A model generated the notes under the pieces. It was not told the DNA's origin. It did no database searches and was given only the letters and a program-made list of their open reading frames with translations. The translations under genes were made by a program, and so were the position numbers. DNA of 54,408 bases from an uncultured bacterium (lineage in GTDB: Bacteria > SAR324 > NAC60-12): positions 1-54,408 of the forward strand of contig CBFIGY010000019.1 of assembly GCA_965662235.1 (NCBI GenBank). Reading direction: 5' to 3'. Shown piece by piece: positions 10,293 to 18,717 of this stretch; position 1 is the first letter of the stretch, and every line of letters begins with the position of its first letter.

Positions 10293-11126
10293 TTACTTCA
10301 CCGCACCAAAAGTTAGTCCGCGAACAAGTTGTTTTTGGCTGAACCAACCCATGATCAGGATCGGTGCGATCGCCATGACTGAGGCCGCACTGAGTTTGGC
10401 GTAGAACAATCCTTCCGGGCTGGAATAGCTCGCGATAAAAGCGGTAAGGGGGGCCGCTTGTGCTGCTGTTAGGTTGAGCGTCCAGAACGCCTCGTTCCAA
10501 GCCAGAATGATGTTGAGTAGAACCGTCGAGGCCATGCCTGGTACCGCCATTGGCGTCAGGACGTAAATGATCTCATTCCGCAGTGAGGCCCCATCCATTC
10601 GTGCCGCTTCTAGGATCTCATTGGGGATCTCTCGAAAATAGGTGTACAGCATCCAGACGATGATCGGTAAGTTGATCAGCATTAACACAATGGTTAATCC
10701 CAGACGGCTATCCAAGAGGCCCGTATCACGGAAAATCAGGTAAATCGGCACCAGTACGCCAACAGGAGGCAGCATTTTTGTGGACAACATCCACATCAAA
10801 ACATTTTTGGTTCGCTTGGCTGGTACAAATGCCATGGACCAGGCTGCGGGAATGGCAACTAACAAACCAAGAAACGTCGATCCGAGCGAAATGATGACTG
10901 AATTTGAGAAGTGCTTGAAGTAATCAGATCGTGCTTGAACAGTGCTGAAGCTTTCCCAGGTCCAGCCGGAGCTGAACAGTACTTCCAACGGAGCTCGGAT
11001 CGCATCTTCCTCCGTTTTGAAAGACAGAATCAGGATCCACAGAATTGGAAAAAACAGCAGAAAACCAATCAGCCCTGCAACCGCGGTATTCGCCGCTTTG
11101 ACTGTATTTGGAACTGCACGTGCCAT
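10293..11126 (-). CDS. smoG: Polyol ABC transporter permease
   Basis: Six hydrophobic segments, EAA loop (EAARMDGAS), QLVRGLTFGAVK end. Confidence 0.9.
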   Translation of the reverse strand: MARAVPNTVKAANTAVAGLIGFLLFFPILWILILSFKTEEDAIRAPLEVLFSSGWTWESFSTVQARSDYFKHFSNSVIISLGSTFLGLLVAIPAAWSMAFVPAKRTKNVLMWMLSTKMLPPVGVLVPIYLIFRDTGLLDSRLGLTIVLMLINLPIIVWMLYTYFREIPNEILEAARMDGASLRNEIIYVLTPMAVPGMASTVLLNIILAWNEAFWTLNLTAAQAAPLTAFIASYSSPEGLFYAKLSAASVMAIAPILIMGWFSQKQLVRGLTFGAVK

Positions 11127-11136
11127 AGAGTCCCCC

Positions 11137-12009
11137 TTATGCGTCTAGGTTCTTGCCAATCATCCGCATCAGGAAGATTGCAACGATGTTAGCCAAAATG
11201 ATTGCAATCACACCACCAGCGCTTCCCATGCCAACGTCGAACTGTAGTAACGAGGACACATAAATCAGGTAGGTGAGGTTTGTTGTTGCTGTACCAGGCC
11301 CACCGTTCGTGGTGACAAGAATTTCGGCAAAGATTGAAAGTAGGAAAATCGTTTGAATCAGGATCACGACCGTGATCGCTCGGGACAAGTGTGGCAGCAT
11401 GATGTGCCAGAAACGGTTCAGCCAATTTGCCCCATCCATCTCTGCAGCTTCAAGCTGCTCCTGATCCAACGACTGCAGCGCAGTAAACAGGATCAAGGTG
11501 GCAAAGGGAAGCCACTGCCAGCTGACAATCACAGTGATGGAGATCAACGGAATTTGGCCGAAAAAATCTACAGCCTCAAATCCCAGACCCGTTGCTAGAC
11601 GTCCAAAGATTCCATTCACCGGATTCATGAACATATTTTTCCAGACCAGGGCCGAGACGGTTGGCATCACAAAGAAAGGAGCGATGACCATGATCCGGAT
11701 CACACCCTGCCCGAACATGGGCCGATCCAGCAGCAAGGAAAGCAAGATCCCTCCGATGACCGTGATCAGCAGGACACCACCGACCAACAGTAACGTGTTG
11801 GTCATTGCCGCGCTGAAACTCGGATCGGTGACAAACCAGTAGTAGTTTTCAGACCCTACGAAGGGATTTCCACTCGGCGTGATCAGACTATATCTCAGAA
11901 ACGAGAAATACAGCGTCAACGCAAGCGGTATGATCATCCAGCCGAGCAGAAGCAGGACAGCTGGTGAAATCATCATCCTCGCAGCGGTGCGGGAGGCTTT
12001 GGTTGCCAT
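11137..12009 (-). CDS. smoF: Polyol ABC transporter permease
   Basis: EAA loop (EAAEMDGA), TTNGGPG, MRMIGKNLD end. Confidence 0.9.
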   Translation of the reverse strand: MATKASRTAARMMISPAVLLLLGWMIIPLALTLYFSFLRYSLITPSGNPFVGSENYYWFVTDPSFSAAMTNTLLLVGGVLLITVIGGILLSLLLDRPMFGQGVIRIMVIAPFFVMPTVSALVWKNMFMNPVNGIFGRLATGLGFEAVDFFGQIPLISITVIVSWQWLPFATLILFTALQSLDQEQLEAAEMDGANWLNRFWHIMLPHLSRAITVVILIQTIFLLSIFAEILVTTNGGPGTATTNLTYLIYVSSLLQFDVGMGSAGGVIAIILANIVAIFLMRMIGKNLDA

Positions 12010-12031
12010 GTCAATCGTTGGATCGGAATTT

Positions 12032-12248
12032 ATAACTGTTCAGCAGGGAAACTCACGGATGAACTTGAGAGAACGTTTTTGCCAAGGAAGAGGCTCTCAA
12101 GCGCGCTGAGGATGGATTGATTCTGCTTTTTGAGGGAAGAGCAGCAGGCGCGAATGGTGGCGAAGTGCTGATCTTTGATCAACAGATCACGCTTTTCCTT
12201 GAGCGTCCCCCTCCTCAGAGAGCAGAGGAGGGGGTGCTGAAAAGTTAC
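12032..12248 (-). mobile_element. Miniature, internally deleted IS66-family (ISBst12-like) element
   Basis: Terminal inverted repeats ATAACTGTTCAGCA / rc GTAACTTTTCAGCA (12/14); flanks CGGAATTT and TGGAATTT (8-bp duplication, 7/8); minus-strand residues FATIRACCSSLKKQNQSILSALESLFLGKN...AEQL resemble an IS66 transposase C-terminus. Confidence 0.75.
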
Positions 12249-12258
12249 TGGAATTTTC

Positions 12259-12292
12259 AAGAAAGCGGGCAGACCCTCACAGATCGACCCGC
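12259..12292 (-). terminator. Stem-loop just after smoE stop (mRNA stabiliser or leaky terminator)
   Basis: Minus strand GCGGGTCGATCT-GTGA-GGGTCTGCCCGC followed by TTTCTT. Confidence 0.5.
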
Positions 12293-12303
12293 ACTCCTTA
12301 CTC

Positions 12304-13620
12304 TTACTTGTAGTAACCTGCTTTGGTCATCTCGCGCAGGGCAAACTTCTGGCTGTTGGCCAGAGCTTCTTCCACTGTTTGCGAGCCTGCGAGTGCCGCA
12401 GCAACCTGCTGTCCAACGTAGTTACCAATCCCTTGGAACTCAGGAATCGCAACAAACTGAACACCGGTGTACGGAACCGGGAGCAGTGAGGGGTCTGCAG
12501 GATCAACCGAGAAGATTGCATCCTTGATGGTTGCGGCAAACGGAGCCGCTTTCAACAGGCGGGGGTCATCGTGAATGGAAGCACGGGTTCCGCTTGGCAC
12601 AGCCACCCAACCTTCAGTTTCACCAACCATTTGGAAGTACTCTTTCGAGGTTCCCCACTTCAGGAAGTCTTTTGCAATGTCCGCTTTGGTGGAACTTGCT
12701 GGGATTGCCAACGCCCAAGACCAGAACCAGCCCGTTCCTTTTGCAGTGGCCTGCTTCGGAGCTTGGAAGAAGTCGGTTTTGTCGGCGACAGAAGAAGTGG
12801 CCGGATTGCGCACATCGTTCGCAGCGGAGGTCGCATCAATCCAAGTCGCACACTTGCCATCCTTGAACAGGGCTCGGTTTTCATTGTGACCATTTGCGGT
12901 TGCCCCAGGAGGTCCGTAGTTGGTCATCAAATCCACGTAGTACGTGATCGCGGCTTTCCACTCGGGAGATTCCAGTTGTGGCTGCCAGTTCTCATCGAAC
13001 CAGCGGGCACCAAATGCATTCGCAAGGGTCCCAACGAAAGCCATGTTTTCACCCCAGCCAGCTTTACCGCGCTGACAGGTGCCGTAAATCCCATTGTCAG
13101 GATCGTGGACCTTGGAAACCATGTCCTCGAACTCTGTGTAGGTGATTTGCTCCTTCGGAACGGTGAGGCCGGCCTTCTGGAAGACATCCGTGCGGTAGTA
13201 AGTAAACGATGTTTCAGAATACAGCGGCACCGCGTAGAGGTTGCCGTTTGCGGACAGACCGTTTCTTACGAGCTGGAAGATGTCGTTCACATCGTATTCG
13301 GCATCATCGGCAAAGTCGTTCAGTGGGGTCAACCAACCGTTGGCGCCCCAAATTGGGGTCTCGTACGCACCAATGAACATGATGTCGAAGGATCCACCAT
13401 TCGTGGCGATGTCCTGGGTCGTTCGCTGACGAAGGACATTTTCCTCCAGCACAACCCAGTTGATCTTGTTGCCTGTAGCCTGCTCCCACTTCGGGGCCAG
13501 CTTCTGCATCACGATCATGTCAGAGTTGTTCACCGTTGCAATGGTCAGTTCCTCTGCCTGAGCACTGAAACCAATAAGGGATGCGATTGCTGTTGCAGCA
13601 ACCAACATTTTTTTCCTCAT
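12304..13620 (-). CDS. smoE: Polyol ABC transporter substrate-binding protein
   Basis: Signal peptide, LTIATVNN, WVVLEENVLRQR, RGKAGWGENMA, VPYTGVQFVAIPEFQGIG; AGGAG RBS. Confidence 0.92.
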   Translation of the reverse strand: MRKKMLVAATAIASLIGFSAQAEELTIATVNNSDMIVMQKLAPKWEQATGNKINWVVLEENVLRQRTTQDIATNGGSFDIMFIGAYETPIWGANGWLTPLNDFADDAEYDVNDIFQLVRNGLSANGNLYAVPLYSETSFTYYRTDVFQKAGLTVPKEQITYTEFEDMVSKVHDPDNGIYGTCQRGKAGWGENMAFVGTLANAFGARWFDENWQPQLESPEWKAAITYYVDLMTNYGPPGATANGHNENRALFKDGKCATWIDATSAANDVRNPATSSVADKTDFFQAPKQATAKGTGWFWSWALAIPASSTKADIAKDFLKWGTSKEYFQMVGETEGWVAVPSGTRASIHDDPRLLKAAPFAATIKDAIFSVDPADPSLLPVPYTGVQFVAIPEFQGIGNYVGQQVAAALAGSQTVEEALANSQKFALREMTKAGYYK

Positions 13621-13675
13621 GAGAGTCTCCTGTTCATGTTAACAAAAAACGTCGTGCAAGCGTGACGTGCAGGAC

Positions 13676-13726
13676 ATTGTTAGTTTGGTCACAAAAAATG
13701 TCAATAAATTTTTACGCGTGTAAAAA
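13676..13726 (-). promoter_or_regulatory. smoE-proximal promoter with LacI-type operator
   Basis: Minus strand TTGACA (13704-13699)-N17-AACAAT; palindrome TTTTTACGCGTGTAAAAA at 13709-13726. Confidence 0.6.
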
Positions 13727-13974
13727 AAGTTTCCTCAGATCCTCCTCTCTTTCATTTAAGATTTTGATATTTATGTCGTTTTCTGAAACCGCACGTTACG
13801 CTTTCGCCGAGGCCGTCTCCGCGATACCCCTCAAGGGTGCGGGTTTCTCGACCGAAGTGCTGAGCGAGCACGGGTTCCCGTTTGACAAAAACTACCCGAA
13901 ATCGGCTGGATCCTCCCTGTCTCACTTGAAGGGGCTGATCCAATCATCACTCATGATCTGACCATTCACGATGG

Positions 13975-14036
13975 GATCAAATGATCATAAGTGAATAATT
14001 GATTAGAACAATATCGTCCCTGAATGGGGGTGTCAA
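13975..14036 (-). promoter_or_regulatory. Second (distal) promoter facing smoE with possible SorC-type operator
   Basis: Minus strand TTGACA (14036-14031)-N17-TATTGT; downstream near-palindrome GATCAAATGATC (13975-13986). Confidence 0.45.
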
Positions 14037-14047
14037 GAAAAAAACGA

Positions 14048-14998
14048 TCAGGACGAAATCAGGTAGCGAGCCGTGTGTTCATCGGTGATGAGGCCGTTGA
14101 TCCAGCGGCCTTGGAGGATCTTCCGGACCACCAGGTGCTTGTTGTGTCCTCCGGAAACACCAATCACGGTACGGGTGACGGGAGAGGGAAACGTGGCGCC
14201 TGCTGCCCGGCGATTGAGGTTGATGTCCAGCAGTTGGCCATCCTGTCCGTAGATCTTCCCCAAGAACTCACCGACGGCTCCTTGTTCCAGAGCCTCCTGC
14301 ATCTCTGCTTCCGTAATGAAGCCGTCGACAAAGAGAGGCGATTGCTTCGAGAGCCCGGCCATGCTGATGAACGAAACATCAGCCTGCTCGGCGATTTGCA
14401 GGACGTTCCGGTAGATCGACTGCTGCTGCAAAGTCTTCAGCTCCTTGGGACTTGTGGCCAGGACTGGCGCCGGGAGGAAGAAGCGCTCGGCGCCGATCTT
14501 GTCCGCGAGCGTCATCACCGAATCAAAGGGGCTGGCCGAGCCATCTTGCTTGAGGTTTCCCACCAGCGAAACGATTCGGTGGTGAGCACCATCGAGCGTC
14601 CCAATGGCCTGGACGCATGCCTTGAGGGTGCGTCCGGTCCCGAGCGCCATGGTGAGAGGAGTGGTGCTCCGGAGGAACTCCTCCATTGCTGCAGCACCGA
14701 GCACCGCCAGTCCCGGCATCACTTGATCTGGAGAAGGATCCGGGGCGGGGCAGACGCGGCACAGCCTGAGCGCGTACCGCTCCATCAGCCGCTTCTCCAG
14801 CTCCAGGCAATCGACCAACGGGTGGTCAATGCGAATCTTGATGAATCCCTCATTCATGGCCTGCGCCAGCATCCGCTGGACCATGGGCCGGGAGAGGTTG
14901 AGCTGCTTCGAAATTTCCTCCTGCGTCAGGCCATAAGTGTAGTACAGCCAGGCCGTCCGGATGACCAGATCGGAGCGGTTCAGTTCACTGAGCTTCAT
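14048..14998 (-). CDS. SorC/DeoR-type sugar-binding transcriptional regulator (SmoC-like)
   Basis: AWLYYTYGLTQEEISKQLNLSRPMVQRML HTH, GTGRTL, GAVGE, GLITDEHTA. Confidence 0.9.
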   Translation of the reverse strand: MKLSELNRSDLVIRTAWLYYTYGLTQEEISKQLNLSRPMVQRMLAQAMNEGFIKIRIDHPLVDCLELEKRLMERYALRLCRVCPAPDPSPDQVMPGLAVLGAAAMEEFLRSTTPLTMALGTGRTLKACVQAIGTLDGAHHRIVSLVGNLKQDGSASPFDSVMTLADKIGAERFFLPAPVLATSPKELKTLQQQSIYRNVLQIAEQADVSFISMAGLSKQSPLFVDGFITEAEMQEALEQGAVGEFLGKIYGQDGQLLDINLNRRAAGATFPSPVTRTVIGVSGGHNKHLVVRKILQGRWINGLITDEHTARYLISS

Positions 14999-16488
14999 GA
15001 GGGATCCTGAAGGGAGTCGAGAAGGGAAAAGAGCGGCTGACCGGAGCGGTACAGGGCGTCGAAGACTTCAAACTGCCGGTTGTAAAAAGCAGCCTCTGAT
15101 ACCTGAGGTCGAACCTCCGTGTTCAGACGTACCACCTGCTTCACTCCCGTACGCAGGTCGGGAAAGACGCCGCTCCCGACTCCGGCAAGGACGGCGTTTC
15201 CCATGATGCTGCTCTCAACGTGGTGCGGGCACTGCAGAGGAAGTTGGTAAATGGAAGCCTTGAGTCGAAGCCACGCGTCGCTCTGGGCCCCGCCACCGCT
15301 CACCGTCAGGGCGGTGGGGAAGGCGTCGAGCGTGCCCAAACTGCGTCTGGCCGCAAAGGCGACCCCTTCCATCACGGCGCGATAGAAGTGAGCGGGCGTG
15401 TGCAGAGGAGTCATGCCAAAAAACTGGGCCCGCGAGTTCACAATGCCTCCCAGCCGCTCTCCATTGAGATACGGAAGGAAGAGCAGTCCGGAGGCACCGG
15501 GCTCCACCGCTTCAACGCGAGCGCTCAGGTCTTCCCACCCGGAAGCATCGCCAAAGAGGCTCTTGACCCAGCGGATGCTCTCTCCTCCGGCATCCAAGAC
15601 GGCAAACTGGATCCAGTCCCCGGTGGCACTGAGCAAATGCCCCACCTTAGGGTTGAAGCTTGGGGTTGCAACCAGCGTCGCCAGCAGGGTGGAGGTGCCG
15701 GTAATGTCTGCGCTCTGTCCCACCTCGCAGACCCCGGAACCCAACAGTGCGGCGGGAAAGTCTCCGCACCCTGTCACCACCGGGAGGCCCTGAGGCAGCC
15801 CGGTCACTTCTGCTGCAGACGCGGTGAGGGTTCCAATGACAGATTCCGCGGGGTGAATCTCGGGAAGCTGACGAAGCTGCACCCCAAACCGTTCCGCAAC
15901 CTCCGGATCATAAACGCGCTGCGCTTGGTTCAGAAAGAAGCTCCCGGACGCCTCGCTGAGGTCGGTCGCCGGAACGCCGGTGAGGCGAAAGTTAACGAAG
16001 TCCTTGGGGGAGAGGAACTGATCCGCCTGCTGGAGCACCTCCGGCTGCTCCTGACGCATCCACGCCAGCTTAAATGCGCTCCAGGCACAGGCCGCGGGGT
16101 TGCCCTGCTGACGACAGAGGCGCGACGCCTCCGGGTCCTTGAGGAACTCCAGCACCTGCGGGTAGGGACGCTTGTCGTTCCACAGCTGCACCCGTTTCTG
16201 GAGCACTTGCCCAGCGGCATCAATGGGGACAGGGCTGTGCATTTGGCCACACACCGCGATTGCCTGCAGGCGTGTGCGCATCACTCCAGGCTCCTGAAGC
16301 ACGGCTTGAACGGTCTGGCAGGTGCTCTGCCACCAGTCTTCCGGATCCTGCTCAAACCATCCGAGCGCAGGAGTCAAAGGGACATGAGGCACCGCATGCC
16401 ACGCCAGCACCTGCCCGTCGCTTTGTACAATGGCCGCACGGACGCTACTGGTTCCAATATCAATGGTGACAAACTGCGGGAGACTCAT
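14995..16488 (-). CDS. xylB: FGGY-family kinase, xylulokinase-like
   Basis: IDIGTSS, CGQMH, LWNDKR, LPYLNGER, RAVMEGV, GGGAQS; GGAGG RBS before ATG at 16488. Confidence 0.82.
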   Translation of the reverse strand: MSLPQFVTIDIGTSSVRAAIVQSDGQVLAWHAVPHVPLTPALGWFEQDPEDWWQSTCQTVQAVLQEPGVMRTRLQAIAVCGQMHSPVPIDAAGQVLQKRVQLWNDKRPYPQVLEFLKDPEASRLCRQQGNPAACAWSAFKLAWMRQEQPEVLQQADQFLSPKDFVNFRLTGVPATDLSEASGSFFLNQAQRVYDPEVAERFGVQLRQLPEIHPAESVIGTLTASAAEVTGLPQGLPVVTGCGDFPAALLGSGVCEVGQSADITGTSTLLATLVATPSFNPKVGHLLSATGDWIQFAVLDAGGESIRWVKSLFGDASGWEDLSARVEAVEPGASGLLFLPYLNGERLGGIVNSRAQFFGMTPLHTPAHFYRAVMEGVAFAARRSLGTLDAFPTALTVSGGGAQSDAWLRLKASIYQLPLQCPHHVESSIMGNAVLAGVGSGVFPDLRTGVKQVVRLNTEVRPQVSEAAFYNRQFEVFDALYRSGQPLFSLLDSLQDPS

Positions 16489-16798
16489 GCGCTTGCCTCC
16501 CCACGGAGAAGAAGCGGCTTCCGAAACCACTCCTCTTGCAGGAGCCAACGCTTCAGCAGTTGTGCAAAATCTCTCACCTGAGGACGGGCTTCACGGGTTG
16601 GGAGGAAAAACAGCTCCTGATCAAAGGGGCCAATTTCAAGGCTACTGAACTGCAGCCCTGCAGTCAAACCGCACTTTTGTTTGTCAGAGGACGTGGCTAC
16701 ACTTCTTTTTCCACCGGAACCTCAGGTGCGTTCCGGAATCTGCCGGCTTCGCACTGTCTGCGGCTTCCCTCCATCTCCGACCCTGCGTGGGGCTTCTC

Positions 16799-17752
16799 AT
16801 GAACCTGAATCACGTCCTCACCTTCATCCGCATTGCTGAGGAACGCAGCTTCAGTGCGGCAGCCAAACGGCTCAAGCGGCCCCGCTCTCAGGTCAGCCGA
16901 GACCTGCGCACACTGGAAGAAACGCTAGGGGTTCGTCTCTTGGACCGCACCACCCGTCAGGTTCAGCTGACTGAGTCCGGGCACCTGTACTTTCAGCGCT
17001 GCAAGAATCTGTTGGATGAGCTGGAGGACGCGACGCACGCCCTCCAGGGCATGCAGGATGAATTCAAGGGGGTGATTCGGGTGACGGCACCCGTCGATCT
17101 CGGCGCAGTGGTCATTTCCGGGCTGGTGGCCGAGTTCCTCAAGGCCTACCCGCAGCTGAAGGTGGAGCTGAACTGCACGCAGCGGGTGGTCAACTTAATT
17201 GAGGAGCAGTTTGATTTGGCGATTCGGGCGGTGCAGTCCCTGAGCGATTCGTCGTTCATTGCCCGTCCGCTGGGGACCATTCCGGTGGAGCTGTATGCAA
17301 GCCCAGACTGGGTGGAGAAGCATCCGGGTCTGACGCATCCAGAGCAGCTCAACGGTTTGGGCGTGGTCGTGTTTCAGCCACGGAACGAGCCTCCGGAGTG
17401 GGAAATCATGCACCAGCAGGAGCAGGTCACGCTACGGCCGCAGGGGCAGCTCACCACAGACGACCTTTCGGGGGCGTTGCAGGGAATTCTTCAGGGGTTG
17501 GGGTATGGGGTGTTGCCGTACTTCATGGCGCGGCCTCATGTGGAAGCAGGACAGCTGATCCGCCTCTTTCCAGAATGGCAAGGGCCGTTTGGCAGCGTGT
17601 ATGCGGTTTACCCAAGCCGGCGGTTGCTTCAGCCCAAGGTGAAGGTGCTGCTGGACTTTCTGCAGGAGCACTTTCAGGAGAAGACACGGAACGGAATCAA
17701 GCCATCCACTCCGGAACCGGGAGGTTCTTGGAGCGCAGGAACTCCGGATTGA
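16799..17752 (+). CDS. LysR-family transcriptional regulator (CrgA/DmlR-like)
   Basis: SFSAAAKRL, LEETLGVRLLDRTTR, FDLAIR, YAVYPSRRLLQPKVKV. Confidence 0.92.
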   Translation: MNLNHVLTFIRIAEERSFSAAAKRLKRPRSQVSRDLRTLEETLGVRLLDRTTRQVQLTESGHLYFQRCKNLLDELEDATHALQGMQDEFKGVIRVTAPVDLGAVVISGLVAEFLKAYPQLKVELNCTQRVVNLIEEQFDLAIRAVQSLSDSSFIARPLGTIPVELYASPDWVEKHPGLTHPEQLNGLGVVVFQPRNEPPEWEIMHQQEQVTLRPQGQLTTDDLSGALQGILQGLGYGVLPYFMARPHVEAGQLIRLFPEWQGPFGSVYAVYPSRRLLQPKVKVLLDFLQEHFQEKTRNGIKPSTPEPGGSWSAGTPD

Positions 17753-18695
17753 AGAGCTTGGACTGGTAACGGGTGCCTGAGTCACAGAGGATGGTGACAA
17801 TGGTTTTGCCAGGCCCCAGCTCCTGAGCCAGGCGAATGGCTCCTGCCACATTGATCATGGCAGAACCTCCGAGCACCAAGCCTTCCTCTCGGATGAGGTC
17901 GAACCCGATCGGAAGCGCTTCCTCATCGGTCACCTGAAAAGCAAGGTCGACTGGAGCATCTTCTAGGTTGGCTGTGATGCGTCCCTGGCCGATGCCTTCG
18001 GTGATGGACCCCCCTTCGGCCTTCAGCTCTCCGTGCTGATAAAAGTTGTAGAGGGCCGCGCCCATTGGGTCCGTGAGTGCCACCACAAGATCGGACTTGA
18101 ACGCCTTCAGTGCCATGCCGGTTCCTGCCAGGGTACCTCCGGTGCCGACGGCGCAGGTAAAGGCATCCACGGTGCCGTTGGTTTGCTCCCAAATTTCCGG
18201 ACCGGTGGTCTCCAGGTGCCCCTGTCGGTTGGCGACGTTGTCGAACTGGTTGGCCCAGATGACTCCGTTGGGCTCCGTTTCCGCCATCTCTTCTGCAAGC
18301 CTTCCAGAGTACTTGACATAATTATTGGGGTCCCGGTACGGAACCGCAGGGACCTCCCGCAGGTCGGCACCACAGAGACGCAGCATGTCCTTCTTCTCCT
18401 GACTCTGCGTCTCCGGAATCACAATCACGGTTCGGTAGCCGCGGGCGTTTCCCACCAGTGCCAGGCCGATTCCGGTGTTTCCGGCAGTGCCCTCGACAAT
18501 CACTCCCCCGGGCTTCAGCAGGCCCTGCTTTTCAGCATCCAGCACAATCGCCTTGGCCGCCCGGTCCTTCACCGAGCCTCCGGGGTTCATGAATTCGGCT
18601 TTTCCCAAAATGGTGCAGCCGGTGAGCTCAGACGCCTTCCGGAGTTTGATCAGAGGGGTGTTGCCAACAGCATCCAGGAAGTCAGAACGGAACAT
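17697..18695 (-). CDS. cysK: Cysteine synthase (O-acetylserine thiol-lyase)
   Basis: VGNTPLIKL, PLP lysine NPGGSVKDR, GTAGNTG, GTGGT, TILCDSGTRY. Confidence 0.92.
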   Translation of the reverse strand: MFRSDFLDAVGNTPLIKLRKASELTGCTILGKAEFMNPGGSVKDRAAKAIVLDAEKQGLLKPGGVIVEGTAGNTGIGLALVGNARGYRTVIVIPETQSQEKKDMLRLCGADLREVPAVPYRDPNNYVKYSGRLAEEMAETEPNGVIWANQFDNVANRQGHLETTGPEIWEQTNGTVDAFTCAVGTGGTLAGTGMALKAFKSDLVVALTDPMGAALYNFYQHGELKAEGGSITEGIGQGRITANLEDAPVDLAFQVTDEEALPIGFDLIREEGLVLGGSAMINVAGAIRLAQELGPGKTIVTILCDSGTRYQSKLFNPEFLRSKNLPVPEWMA

Positions 18696-18717
18696 GGTCA
18701 CAGGAAAAGCGAATGGG

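Noticed and set aside
12030..12260. 76-aa ORF as a functional gene
   Set aside because: Better explained as a transposase C-terminal remnant within the miniature IS66 element
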